Shown: positions 13,678 to 26,804 of the stretch, in pieces
Layout of the letters: the number at the start of each line of letters is the position of its first letter
Numbering within the stretch: the stretch's first letter is position 1
NCBI GenBank assembly: GCA_030141605.1
Contig: JAQGDQ010001048.1
Coordinates: 1-64,000 of the forward strand
Direction: 5' to 3'
Origin: Tubiluchus corallicola
Lineage: Eukaryota; Animalia; Priapulida
Length of the DNA: 64,000 nucleotides
Translations under genes and position numbers: made by a program
Notes under the pieces: generated by a model
What the model saw: only the letters and a program-made list of their open reading frames with translations
What the model was told of the DNA's origin: nothing
Databases searched by the model: none

Positions 13678-14480
13678 ACCCATTTGGGATTGATGCTTTC
13701 AAACGCTATTGGAAAAGCAATTTTTCACTGTCTACTGATGCAATGCGTTATATTGTATTGGATAAAATAATATTGTGATTCTTGATTTTAACTATTTATG
13801 TCCTAGTGTCTTCTTACTTTAAACTAATTAGTATTATTAAGCATTAAAGGAAAGAACGACAGTGTGTTGGGTTTATTTTACTGTTATCACTTAAACTGTT
13901 TGTGGTGTATTAAAGGAAAGAACGAGTCACTCAGTATGTTGTGTTTATTTTACTGTTATCAGTTAAACTCTTTGTGGTGTGCTAAAGAAAAGAACGAGTC
14001 ACTCAGTATGTTGTGTTTATTTTACTGTTATCAACTTAAACTGTTTGTGGTGTGCTAAAGAAAAGAACGAGTCACTCAGTGTGTTGGGTTTATTTTACTG
14101 TTATCAGTTAAACTGTTTGTGGTGTGCTAAAGGAAAGAACGAGTCACTCAGTATGTTGGGTTTATTTTACTGTTATCAAAACTCCTCTCCAGAATGATGG
14201 TCAATTTTACAGCAGTTTTTGAACATCTTCTATTGTTTTAAACTTATTTAAAGGAAAGAACAATTCACTCAGTACTGTTATCACTTAAACTTAGAAAAAT
14301 ATATAAAGAAATTTGCAAAGAACTGCCCGTAAAGGATAAATTTAAAATAAACTACCCCTGAATAGAAATTTTCAGTTTCAGCCATTCACTTGAAAATTAT
14401 GACGTAACTGGGAGACTTCGTGGCTTTTCGTAAGCGCGTCGTGGCTTTCCGTAAACACGCGCTGCTTAAACTAATTTAAA
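13678..14480. repeat. Dispersed element containing a 72-bp tandem array (copy 1)
   Basis: About 4.5 units of AAAGGAAAGAACGAGTCACTCAGTATGTTGGGTTTATTTTACTGTTATCAGTTAAACTGTTTGTGGTGTGCT. Flanks shared with 18306-19125. Confidence 0.8.
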
Positions 14481-14845
14481 CCATGGGGGTAAAATGGCCA
14501 ACGGTCAAGTCTTACACAAACCAGATCGTGGTGGCAGAATGGCAATGGTGGAAATCTCAAGTTTTCCACACACGAGACCATAGTAACCAGGCCATTCTCA
14601 CTCGAAGCCTCCCTCAAAGTCAAATCATGGAGGCCCAAAACTAATACTGCAAGGACATATTATTATCCTCTTGAAAACTGTAGGCAAGTCAGGCCATGGT
14701 GACACGTTTGCAAAGGTAATAACGAGTTTGCAGATCAATAATCATCATCAATTCCACTGCAGCTGCATGTCTCTAGTAGTACTAGGTTAATTTAGCAGGT
14801 CAGTAAAGCACAGTAAATCAATGAGTCATCAAAATGTCACCCAGT

Positions 14846-15403
14846 AGCAGCTGCACTTGTTTACAGGGTACATGATGTTCTGAAAATAATGCACATCACT
14901 GCACAGCTGCACTTGTTTGCAGGGTACATGATGCTCAGAAAATAATGCACGTCACTGCACAGATGCACTTGTTTGCAGGTGCATGATGTTCAGAAAAAAA
15001 TGCACGTCACTGCACAGATGCACTTGTTTGCAGGTGCATGATGTTCAGAAAAAAATGCACGTCACTGCACAGATGCACTTGTTTGCAGGTGCATGATGTT
15101 CAGAAAAAAATGCACGTCACTGCACAGCTGCACTTGTTTGCAGGGTACATGATGTTCAGAAAAAAATGCACATCACTGCACAGCTGCACTTGTTTGCAGG
15201 GTACATGATGTTCTGAAAATAATGCACGTCACTGCACAGCTGCACTTGTTTGCAGGGTACATGATGTTCAGAAAATAATGCACGTCACTGCACAGATGCA
15301 CTTGTTTGCAGGTGCATGATGTTCAGAAAAAAATGCACGTCACTGCACAGCTGCACTTGTTTGCAGGGTACATGATGTTCAGAAAAAAATGCACGTCACT
15401 GCA
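14846..15403. repeat. 55-56 bp minisatellite, about 10 copies
   Basis: Unit TGCACGTCACTGCACAGCTGCACTTGTTTGCAGGGTACATGATGTTCAGAAAAAAA. Confidence 0.95.
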
Positions 15404-15722
15404 TGACAATGAAGCATTCTTTGGTTTAACAATGAAAATGATTAAATTAAATTCCAATGGTACAGGGTGTTGCAAAAATATTGCACCACATCACTCACAT
15501 CACTCAATTACACATATCTCATTCACAAACATGTAATATTAACACACAGATGAGTAAAAAAGTATTAGTTTATTTGATATCTTCCCAACCACTTAGTCAT
15601 CATTTTGAATGTGCAAGGCAGCAAGTGATTTGTCTCTATTCAGCCCCTCATTAAGGGCTTATTTTTGGGATGACTGTGAAAATTGAATTCAACTGAATGT
15701 TATGGAGTGGAGTGCTGTGAGT

Positions 15723-15880
15723 GCTTTATGTCTCCTCTTGAGCTCGACCGCTACCACCAAGTTTCCGATGATCTCACAGAGCTGCCACCGTAATGCGAGG
15801 ACCGGAAGCAGTGGCGTGCGGGATACTACCTATGCTGGCCTGCCTCCACCTGGTGGGGGCAGTAAGTAAGCAAGTAAGTA
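15723..15880 (+). mobile_element. 5'-truncated non-LTR retroposon end
   Basis: 12-bp TSD AGTGCTGTGAGT (15711-15722 and 15881-15892), (TAAG)n tail, translates to EDRKQWR like LINE C-termini. Confidence 0.7.
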
Positions 15881-16415
15881 AGTGCTGTGAGTATAGTTTG
15901 CAAGCTGGTTCAGTGTAAAGTTACCACAGATGTAATTTTCTGAAAGAGCCAGGGTCATGCACTTGTTGACAAGATGGCAAAGTTCAACGTTAGTTTAGCA
16001 ATGATGGTTAGCACATGGATGGAGAAGTGAATGAAGAAACTGGGTGATTTGACCTTCCGTACTACTTTGGCTGTACGCCACTCTGAGAGACGACATAAAT
16101 GTATCCGATGCCTCTGCCGGGTAACTATGTCACGGTTCAAGATTATTTATTTCACATCAAGGCAAATACAAAATTAATACATTAAAGAAACTAAAAAGCT
16201 TCCAATAATGCAATGGTTGACAAAGTACATCGTAAGAAGCAAATTTTGAAAAAATGATCAGCTACCCACCTAAATGATTTGTGTTGCAGAGCATTAAAGA
16301 AGCCAAGCTTGTAGAAATGCTTTGACTATGAAATTTCAAGTAACAGGCTTACATACATTTGAATAAAAAAATGAAAGGAAAAGATGCGAAGAAGATGCAA
16401 GTGAGGATGAGATTT

Positions 16416-16706
16416 GGAGCAGACGGTTTAGTCTAGTGGGACTGATTTCCGTCGGGGAGGTCGTGAGTTCAAACCAGCGGCCGGGTCATACCAAAGACTT
16501 TAAAAATGGTACCTGCTTTGCCCTGCCTGATGCGTGGTATTTAGGGAAAAAGTGGGGTAATAATAGTCTCTGTTTTGTAGTTGTAGGTTGTTATTTACAG
16601 TCAGCGATAATAGCTCTTTGAGCTAATGTTAATTGTTGACCCAAAAGCCGACTTTAAATCTGATTATTATTATAATTATAATTATTATTATTATTATTAT
16701 TATTAA
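16416..16706 (+). mobile_element. tRNA-headed SINE with Meta-domain-like core and (TTA)n tail
   Basis: A-box-like and B-box (GAGTTCAAACC) sequence, then GGTCATACCAAAGACTTTAAAAATGGTACC, which resembles the MetaSINE central domain as I recall it; ends in (ATT)n. Confidence 0.65.
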
Positions 16707-18305
16707 TATGAGAATGAATGATGATGGATGAAAGTTGACGCATGATGAAATGGAAATAGAGACAATTATGCAAAATCAGTAAAGTGAAAATTCATCTTAA
16801 ATTACTGTTGGTGATTAACAAGCTAGAGTCTGGTACTGCCACAAGTATTCACAATCTCAGAGAAGAATTTAGATGCCGCCAAAATCAGAAAGAATGGTCC
16901 ACAGGGAACACAAGTTTGTTTAAAGACCTCGTCATACTAAATATTGCAAACATGGCCGTCGAAAAAACTATGCAAAGACAGGGAGACTAAATCGGATGTC
17001 AGTGTCAACACAAATCGTGCACGCTCACATGTGAACCAACCATTAGCACCATAATCACGGGCAGTTAAAACGTTACAGATTAGCGCACATCCTGCCAGCT
17101 ATAGCCGCACTTAATGACGCAGTCATAGTGAATTATTAATGAAAGTTTGCATTGCCACGGCAAATATCTGGGTGCCAAACTGCTTAATATTAATGCTCTT
17201 CAGGCATTTATAAATAATGTGTGCACGTATGACGACTAAATGTGCAATTATAATGCTCGCAAAGCATGTCACAACATCCTCTTTCTAGCATCGACGTTGA
17301 AATTTTTTTCTATAAGTAATTTAGAGCACAGGATTTGATGGCCATTAAAGCTGTTACCCCGCTATAATTTATGGACTTGCTACGCTGAATACTAGTAGTG
17401 CTATAAAACAACGTAAATCACACAGAAATGCTGAAATTACACAAAGAAACTTTGAACTTTCAAAAAAAGTAGAAGGGATGTGTTTTCTACGGTACACTTG
17501 CACTTCAAAAAGAAATCTTTGCATCTTATTAAGGACAAAAATGCTCGCGCATGAATGGAAAGTTTGTAATTTTGAAAAGAAATTCTATAATTTTGAAGAA
17601 ATACCTCTCACTTTCAAAGAAAATTTTCTGCATAATAAAGTTTGTGCTTGTAGTCTGCATTTTGAAAAATAATTTTTTTGTTTCGAACAAAAAGTTTTGA
17701 ATTTTTAAAAAGAAACCACACTTTTGAAGGCACTAGTATTTCAGAAACAACTTTTGCACATCTGACAAAACTATGTACTACAAAAAAATATAAAAAGGAA
17801 GATTTTTTGCCCTTAAAAAGAAACGTTTTGATTTGCATGAAAATTTTGCAACTTATGAAAAAACATAAAAAATTCGCAACTTATGAAAAAAACATAAAAA
17901 ATTCGCAACTTATGAAAAAACATTGCACTATTAATCAGACAGCGCCGATGAAAAAACGTTTATTTCGAGAATACTGCACTTCTGGAACTTTGCACTTCGA
18001 AGGGAGACTTGCACGCTTACAGAAAGGAGACAAGCCAAGGCGACTAAACACTGCAATACAATTTACAGCTAATTCATGAATTCATCATGTTAAAATACAT
18101 TGGGGAAAATAACGTCCGTATTGATCGTACAGCTCAAATTAAATATTCACAATTGCACGTAATTTGCCAGGCTGGTGTGCTCTTGTGTAACACACTAAAC
18201 AGATTAGCAAGAATCGATGCGGATCTAAATAATTAACTTGCAATCTATTTTCACTTCCTCTTCCATTATAAAACCGATCGATTTAAAAGACAAAATATTT
18301 CCACA

Positions 18306-19125
18306 CCTCTCCAGATTGATGGTCAATTTTACAACAGTTTTTGAACATCTTCTATTGCTTTAAACTTATCTAAAGGAAACAACAATTCACTCAGTACTGT
18401 TATCACTTAAACTTAGAAAAATATAATGAAAAAAATGGGATCGATACCCATTTGGGATCGATGCTTTCAAATGCTATTGGAAAAGCAATTTTTCACTATC
18501 CACTGATGCATTGATATTGTATTGGATAAAATAATATTGTGATTCTTGATTTCAACTATTTTTGTCTTCTTACTTTTACACTTATTAGTATTAGTAAGCA
18601 TTAAAGAAAAGAACAAGTCACTCAGTATGTTGGGTTTATTTTACTCTTATCACTTAAACTGTTTGTGGTATGCTAAAGGAAAGAACAAGTCACTCAGTGT
18701 GCTGGGTTTATTTTACTGTTATCACTTAAACTGTTTGTGGTGTGTTAAAGGAAAGAAGGAGTCACTCAGTGTGTTGGGTTTATTTTACTGTTATCACTTA
18801 ACTGTTTGTGGTGTGCTAAAGGAACGAACAATTCGCTCAGTATGTTGGGTTTATTTTACTGTTATCAGTTAAACTGTTTGTGGTGTGCTAAAGGAAAGAA
18901 CAAGTCACTCAGCATGTTGGGTTTATTTCACTGCTATCAGTTAAACTTAGAAAAATATAACAAAGAAATTTACAAAGAACTGCCTATAAAGCATAAATTT
19001 AAAATATACTATCTCTGCATAGAAATATTCAGGCGCGATGGCAGCCTCCATTCACTTGAAAATCGTGATGTAACTCGGGGATTTCATGACTTGTCGTAAG
19101 TGCACGCTGTTTAAACTAATTTAAA
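18306..19125. repeat. Dispersed element containing a 72-bp tandem array (copy 2, modules permuted)
   Basis: About 5 units of the same 72-mer, with the same flanking modules in a different order. Confidence 0.8.
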
Positions 19126-20582
19126 TTTCTGCAGCTTACATAACGTGTGTGAAAAATATCACTATCTAATTTGACGTCTTAACCATTACTGCTTCAATTG
19201 TAATATTAGTAGAAAAATTCGAGTATAAAAAATAAGCTTTAAAGAAAGACATACATACTACCCCATTTTCAAGTCGGTAAAAGTATCCAATTTAACACAA
19301 ATTAATACTGTAAAAGTGTTTCTGATAGTTAAATAATAGATCAAAACCTTAATTAACAAGTTGTCAAACATCACAAACTAACATGTCTGAAAGGAGAGGC
19401 AGAACAACTGTTTTTTTAGCAATGTGTTTCTGAAATGCAGGTGCTAGTGCCCGTCTAACTAGCGAATGACAAAAAGCATGTAACAGCAAAGAACTAGTGG
19501 CGTGAACGTGAAACTGTGTTTGTGTGGTAATAATTGTTTCACGTAAGTCATTTTTGAAAAGAGTAGATTGTTTTGACCTACAGTTTAAGATTGGGTCCAG
19601 TTTTGCTTTAAACGAGTTTTATTTTATAGGTTTGGAATTTACATAACAGTCCAACAAAAGTGCTGTTGTCGTTTGCATGCTTATAGATACTTATTTTTGT
19701 TTACGATAACCACGTTATGAAAAGCCTTCGCATCCAAGCACTGTCGACAGGGCGATAAGTTAATGAAAAAAGGTAGTCCCATATTGCTTGATTTCACCGC
19801 AATGGCGGCCATGTTTCAAATCAGGATCTATATGAGATTTAGCAAAGAAGAAGGATTGAAGTGAGGTAGTGTCGTCTTACATGGACTGGACAAGTCATCA
19901 GATTACCACAGGACTCCCCACTTACTACAGCATTACATCAAGCACTAATACCCGTGAAGAAACCAAAACGAGGACAGCTGATCATGCATTTAGATGTTCT
20001 CAAGAAAGACTTATTAAAAATGATGTGAATACTTGGCATGAGGCAGCAGATCAGGAAACGTGGTATCAAATTATGAGTGTCGGTGTGTTGCATAACGGAA
20101 GTAACCAAAGATGATGGTTAAGTTTATCGTGCAATTTTTAAGCTCCTTTTCCGAATTATAAGTACAAATGCGATCGATGCCCGTCAGCAGTTAAAAAAAG
20201 AATCGATGATAGAAAATAAAAACCCAAATCGATTATAACTGATTAATTCAATTAATCAGTTTCACCACTAACTGTGCTGTTTGCGATATTGATCAAAAAA
20301 GCTTACATATTAAGCGAATTCAATTAACCAAATTTTTTTCAAACTCGGTTTATTTCACCGACAAACAAACAAACTACAATAATGCAACTTATACATGTAC
20401 AACTCTTTTGTATAAATGAAAAAACAATTTTTGACTCTCTAAGAATACTTTATTAAAGTGTTGAAGTTTGCTGCATGGTAGCCACGAAGGGAACCTTGTC
20501 AAGCCACCACAAAATGTGAAACAAAGAATGAAGAATGAAGAAAATGAAAGAAGAGGAGAATAAAGAAGAAAACAAAACTTAC

Positions 20583-20670
20583 TGTGCTCCAACTCGGCCC
20601 TGTTCTTGGCAAGAAATCTTCCACTTTGGGGTCTGTCAAACGGGGAAGACAACTCGGAGGTTGGACTATC
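20583..20670 (-). CDS. Unc-76: Unc-76/FEZ coding exon 4 (variable linker)
   Basis: TTTTACAG| then DSPTSELSSPFDRPQSGRFLAKNRAELEH plus A|GTAAGT. Phase 0 to 1 exactly bridges exons 3 and 5. Confidence 0.8.
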
Positions 20671-21835
20671 CTGTAAAAGTATGTATAAAAAAGTTAGAAG
20701 GAATTCAAAAAAACAAACAGATTCATAAACTATACACACAAAAATAAGTTAGAGATGAACCAGATCCGCTTTTGCCGGTTCCAGAATGAATCCGGTTCCG
20801 TATGTGCCAGATATGGTGCCGGATCTAGAAATTAATGTAAACGATATTTCATTTGGTTTGCCTTTTGCTCATGTGGTGGCATCGCCTGTCAATTTCCAAG
20901 GTCATTGATTAAGTTTAAGTGGAATCACTGTAAACGTTAATGTAACGTAATTTTGAAAACTTGATCAGCACTTGGTTTAAACTAAAGAGAAATTCCAAAT
21001 TGTGCTTTTACTGGGTGGAAGTGAACAGCTCTAAACTTCAAGCAGACATGTTTACAGCAATAGTGCTATCTTTACACTATTTGCTTCAATGACCCACAGC
21101 ACGAAGGTTGCTGGTATTGCTTGCACAAGCACGGCAGCAGAAAAACTCAGTGATACTTTCGTAAATTCCTGAACATTTTAATAGAAATCATTCAATTCTT
21201 TTAAAAAACTAACCCTTTCACTACGGAAGGCGGCACACTGCTGCCTACTTTTTTCTCGTAAGGGAGGCAAGGCGGAAGACTGGCACCCCAACTCAGTTAC
21301 CCAGGTCTGTTTATTTCACTGCTAGTTCAGAAAAGCTTGTGATTGTGATTGTTCGCAACATGTAACGCTAACCAGCCAATTAGCGTCTGAAGCCAGGTGC
21401 ATTTCACAAAACTGTACCGTAGAGTACGTTTTCGTGCAAAATTGCTTGTTGATAGTTGGTGAAGCCTGTTTAATCACTTGTTCTGCATTCTTTTAAAATA
21501 ATTGTGTATTATGAATCAGCAATATGTGACTTTTGCAAAAATTGGCTTCTAAATATAAGCATGTGCTTGTTTGAGTGGGTGTGCGCGCATGCATGAGTGC
21601 ATATATGTGTGCATGAATATAACTAAAATTAATATTCAATATTACTGTTTAATAACAAACTCTACATTGTCTTCACATTTTTAAGCTCTGGTCTAGAATG
21701 TATTTCCCAACTCTTAGGTTTTCAATTTTCCTCTTAAGACAACGAAGCTTAAACGAAGGCAGTGCAGTAAACTGGATTTTTATAAACATTTTAACTACTG
21801 GATACAGTAATGTCTCCATGACTAATACCTTAAAC

Positions 21836-22269
21836 CAAGGGTGTGCAAACTGCGGCCCTCGGGCCACTTGAGGCCTACTGAGAGATCTTGTGCGGCCGCA
21901 AAGAGGTTTGTCAACGTAATGAAAGTATGGCCCACGCGATCCAGCTGAAGTCCATGCCAATATCGCAAAGATAGTGTGGGTAGTTTTTTTCCTCTAGATC
22001 GGATGGCATTAACCCTTATAAGACCGTTGTCACTTAATGTCACTGTCGGACACGACGAAATATATGGTTTTAATATAAATTTTAATAACTTCTAAAATAG
22101 TTTCTTGAGTGTAGTTAGTGCAGTAGTAATGATGTGCGCAAATCGGATGCAAAAAAAATTGTTATTGGGTCCTACTGTACTTGGCTCCTTGACCAAACTG
22201 CATGTAGCCCACAGGAATTGCGGGAAAGCTTAATGTGACCCGACTAGTCAGATAATTTGCACACCCCTG
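21836..22269. mobile_element. hAT-type MITE (family A)
   Basis: TIR CAAGGGTGTGCAAA...TTTGCACACCCCTG, perfect 8-bp TSD CCTTAAAC. Confidence 0.88.
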
Positions 22270-22921
22270 CCTTAAACCATCAAGGCACTGACTCACCTAA
22301 AGTAATGGCTTATTTCCTTTGGATAAACACGGATATCAACAACATGGATTTAAGAAACGTCAGTGAAAATCCTAAACGTGCTCAATCTACAGGGATGAGA
22401 ATGACAAATTGCAAACAACTCTGAAAGAGGCCGGGGTTTTGCGGCCTGGGGTTGAGGGGCAAAGCCCCCTTGAAGCCAGTAACAAATTGCAATTTTATGA
22501 CCATAGAGAGCCCCTAAGTGGACCTAATATCAGTTACCTTGTTTCATGCATAATTTAAAATACCCAACTATCAAGGATACATGATACCTAATTGTCTCAA
22601 AAAAGGCCTAAGTACTGGCCGCTCCTATGCAAAAGTATATTAACTGTCTGCAATTGATTCAAACAACTCTGCACAATTGATTCTATATTTTCATACATAG
22701 AGATATACACGTGTTTACACTGATGTACGTGATGTAAACAAAGTGACGGCCTGCCAACTAGCAGTCAACTTGTGAAATAATGTACTGGGTCCGTAAAAAT
22801 TTTCTCAACGAATTTACGCGATTTACAAAAATGGCACTGCTGGTCTTCCATAAAACTCAGAATTCCGCATATCCGCGGAATTTTCTCATCCTTGAATCTA
22901 CCTGTTCAGGTATTTGCTCAC

Positions 22922-23068
22922 CTGTAATAATTCATCAATTTCCTCAATGACGTCTTCGGCAGACACGACCGGTTCTTGCGGCACTGATGATACAATGAGT
23001 GAATGCATGTCAAAAGCCTGCGCCAAGTCCTCGTCGTCCGACAAGTCCAAATTGTCATTTGCATTTTC
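22922..23068 (-). CDS. Unc-76: Unc-76/FEZ coding exon 3
   Basis: CTTTTTGTCTAG| then ENANDNLDLSDDEDLAQAFDMHSLIVSSVPQEPVVSAEDVIEEIDELLQ, then |GTGAGC. DMHSLI and AEDVIEEID are FEZ-type motifs. Phase 0 to 0. Not in the ORF track. Confidence 0.93.
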
Positions 23069-23116
23069 CTAGACAAAAAGAAACAATGATATAAAACATT
23101 GAACTAACTGCTTCGC

Positions 23117-23305
23117 GTTTAGTCATTATCCATTACTAAACAATGGATATCCATTGTTTAGTCATTATCTGTAGTTTAGCCATTATCCATTACTAAACAA
23201 TGGATATCCATTGTTTAGTCATTATCCGTTGCTTAGTCATTATCCATTGTTTAGTTATTATCCATTACTAAACAATGGATGTCCATTGTTTAGTCATTAT
23301 CCATC
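23117..23305. repeat. Short tandem repeat with three 28-bp palindromes
   Basis: ACTAAACAATGGATATCCATTGTTTAGT at 23135-23162 and 23192-23219, and with one mismatch at 23267-23294. Confidence 0.9.
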
Positions 23306-24349
23306 ACTACCAGTCTGCACACCTGCTGCGAAAAAAGTCAAAAGGTACGGAAGCTGTGCACAGCATGAACATTGAAACAAAGCACCAGGTGTCCAAATCA
23401 CAAATTATCACCAAAGAGAGACCCACTCGGGCAGCGGTTGGCTCATTCTAGGGCAGCGGTTGGCTTATTCTAAGTCACATTCTAAGGCTTTTCTAAACTC
23501 GATTGAAATCTGTGACATTTGGTCAAACTTCGAAATACAGTTCAGACATATAACAATATTCGATTTAAACGAAACAGCTGTAGTAATCGATATTTGCGTG
23601 AGTAACAACGAGATACTAGCATATACAGTTTATATAGATACGTCAATATTGTTTTATTCTACACACAGAATATACGTTCATCAGGCCGACGATAAAAATA
23701 TTTCAGTTTCCGTCTAATCGCTCGAGCAATATTTTTTTATCGCATACCCGCATATTTTTTTATTGCACGTTTTTTATACTTTCATATATTTACTTAACAT
23801 ATAACAGCATTTTTTAATTTAAAACGTAAATCGCAATAATTATTATAACATCGTTCTTTCGAGGAATGCAGGAGGCGGCCATTTTTTTCACGGCTAACTC
23901 TCGGCCAGGGTTGCCAGACATACAAAATGGTATTTATAAATATTAAGGTGGACTGTGGGGCCTCGGTCAGAGAACTTTACAATAGTCAGATGACATGTAT
24001 AGAAGAACGCTTCGATAAAACAGTAGGCAGCGCGGGACCGGATCGCGGCAGAGAAATCACGGCTCAATTTTGCTAACTGTATGACGTTCCAAACGTTTTT
24101 AATGTGGTTGAAATTCTGGATCGTTCGAATCAACAATCTTAGGTTCAAATCGAATACGAACTAGAAAAACTCGTTCAAACTCGAACGTTCAATGCTCACC
24201 CTTCGAAGACTCAATGTTCCTAATGCACAGAAGCCATTCATAATTAACGTATCAGGACTCGTTATTTTTTCAAATACTTCATAATTAATATGCAATGAAT
24301 GAATTCATAAACAACTTGATGATAAGTTAGTCTTTACACGTTACCAGTA

Positions 24350-25120
24350 CACTCGTATCTCGGTTTGCCTGACAAAAGCGAGGAGAATCGCATGAGAATC
24401 GAATTTTCTCAGCTAAACTACGACCTTTTCTCTAAAGGCTGTAAAGATAATAACAGTCATCCAATATTGCCGAATTGTAACTGTGGATTTCGATTTGCGT
24501 CTGTTGAACACTTTTTGTTGCACTGCCCATTGTATCAACAAACTAGGGTTGTTATGTTTGATAAACTAAATGAAACGCTTCTGCCCGTAAACCTTAATAT
24601 AGCTGCCTTAGGAAACAATGATCTGTTGAAGTTGTTATTATTCGGAAAAGATTAATTTAACTATGTCGCTAACTGTAAAATATTCCAATGTATACATAAC
24701 TTTATATTACGTACTAAACGCTTCCAGTAGTTTCTATTTGATATAAAATGCATCAGTGTTAAATAATCGTACATTAATATTTTCTAACCGTCATTTTCTA
24801 CTAATGCCTAATGTAATCTTGTAGTAAAACTTGTCAGCTTGTGTAGTTATGGTCAATTCTTACTGTAAATGTTACTAATGTCTAATGTAATCTTGTAGTA
24901 AAACTTGTCAGCTTGTGTAGTTATAGTCAATTCTTACTGTAAATGTTACTAATGTCTAATGTAATCTTGTAGTAAAACTTGTCAGCTTGTGTAGTTATAG
25001 TCTATTCTTACTGTAAATGTTCTTGTAAATAGTGTATAAAGTCTGTTGTGAAGATCCTAAATCATGTTATTCAAACTGTCTGATCCAATCCTATAATAAA
25101 TTACGTTTAAACTAAAACTA
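24350..25120 (+). mobile_element. LINE 3' remnant with CCHC knuckle and three roughly 74-bp tandem repeats in the 3' UTR
   Basis: ORF 24365-24655 has CNCG...EHFLLHCPLYQQTR. AATAAA and an A-rich tail at about 25095-25120. Tandem units at about 24800-25020. Confidence 0.7.
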
Positions 25121-25452
25121 AATACAGTAGGCATGGTGTATCAAACTCACAGTAATGTAGAAACAATCACTCAATTGTCTCAAAAACGTCTAGTACGGGC
25201 CGCTCGTGACATACAAGCTACACACGTGTCATTATATGCTGCTTGGTTGCACTGATGTGACGATGTAAACAAAGTGACGTCCTGCCAACTAGCGGTCAGC
25301 TTGCGAAAAAACGGACTGTGTCCGTAATATGTGGGACTTTTAACAATCCAGATGTCCGATATCCGTAAAAGCAAGGTCAGGCAAATCGAGATACGAGCAT
25401 TATGGGAGATTGGTATAACATTTGTAAAGCAGAGAAAAAATGTGCTAAGTAC

Positions 25453-25561
25453 CTTTCGCTCGGACAAGTTCAAGGAAGGCATGTGCAACTGTCGAGCGTA
25501 CGTTTTTGACCAGTCGATAGGAAGAATGTTACCATAGTTACCAGTGATTGTCCACCACATT
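25453..25561 (-). CDS. Unc-76: Unc-76/FEZ coding exon 2
   Basis: TTTCAG|A ATG TGG TGG; encodes (Q)MWWTITGNYGNILPIDWSKTYARQLHMPSLNLSERK, a conserved FEZ motif. Donor AAG|GTACTT. Phase 2 to 0 matches both neighbours. Confidence 0.95.
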
Positions 25562-26463
25562 CTGAAAGCAAAACACATGCTGTTTACCTATAGTAGCCAC
25601 TTTATAATTATTGGATAACTGATTGCATCTTAAAAGTGATAAAGCTAAACATTTTTTATAATTATATTATACAAAATTATATTGTATAATTTTGTATATT
25701 GTATTGTATTTATATTGTATATTTTATTAATCATGTTTTATTGTAACACTATAAAGAGATAAATAAATTGAAATTGAATTGAATTCTGTAAATTATTTTA
25801 TGTACATTTATTAGGCTAATGTTTAATAAAATACGGTAACCCATGGAACCTCCCCCGGGAAACCAAACTAAGCTATCACACCCTACGTTGAAAACTCTTC
25901 AAAATGATGAGTAACACCCGTCTCTCTCCTTCCTGTTAGAACTTCAGTTCGCAGTTTTGAAGGTTTTGCAGAGAAACAGGCAAAGATGCCATGGATGTTT
26001 AGGTTTTTCGTCCGTCGTTTCTCTACACAACACGAATTGGAAAATGGGAGACAAGAGACTTTTTTTGATATCACTTTTTCCAGTACTAGTTTAGAAAATG
26101 ACGCATTATATAAATAAGCATGCCTGGGGGAATTACTGATAGTAGGAGTATTAGATAAATATTCATCGTCTACTAAAGAAAAACAGTAGTTTAAGGAAGT
26201 ATGTAATCATATTCTTGGAGTTACATTAGTATAACTGATAAAGCTACAGTATAGAAAACCAAACTAGTATTTGTTTAATTTTACACTTAATACCAACTCG
26301 AAGTTGGCCTATTAGTCATATAATTATTGGCCGCTGATAAAATTTACTGGTATTAGGTAGCTAATCTCAGTCGTAAACTTACTGTACTTAAACTAGTTAA
26401 TTGTGAAGTATCAATGCAGGGAACTGACAGAATCAATGGACCCTAATTCAAAGTTATACTTAC

Positions 26464-26804
26464 TGGCAGTCGTTCATTATTTCCTCTTGTGTTCTCACTT
26501 GCACAGGGGCAATTTTATCCGTCTTCTCTTCGTAGTTCTTGAAACATTTTGTAATTTTTTCGTCGAAGCAGTTAACCAAGTCCTCAAGCGAGCCAGAAAA
26601 TTCGCTGAAATTGTCCACTAATAAATTCTCTGTAGAATCACGAGCCGACACTTGACTTTTTGATTTCACCGATTCTTGGTGCAATTTATTCGAATTCTGA
26701 AAATCCTCTGAACTTTGAAACTCGTTGAAGTCGATCCATTCCTCAGCATCAAATTTGGCCAAAGGAGCTTCGAACTTCAACTCCGCCATCTTTGCTTCCC
26801 TCAT
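26464..26804 (-). CDS. Unc-76: Unc-76/FEZ family kinesin adaptor, coding exon 1
   Basis: Encodes MREAKMAELKFEAPLAKFD...SGSLEDLVNCFDEKITKCFKNYEEKTDKIAPVQVRTQEEIMNDC, the characteristic Unc-76/FEZ N-terminal motifs. Donor CA|GTAAGT at 26463 (phase 2). Probable acceptor TTTTGCAG| with exon start at about 26901. Confidence 0.95.
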
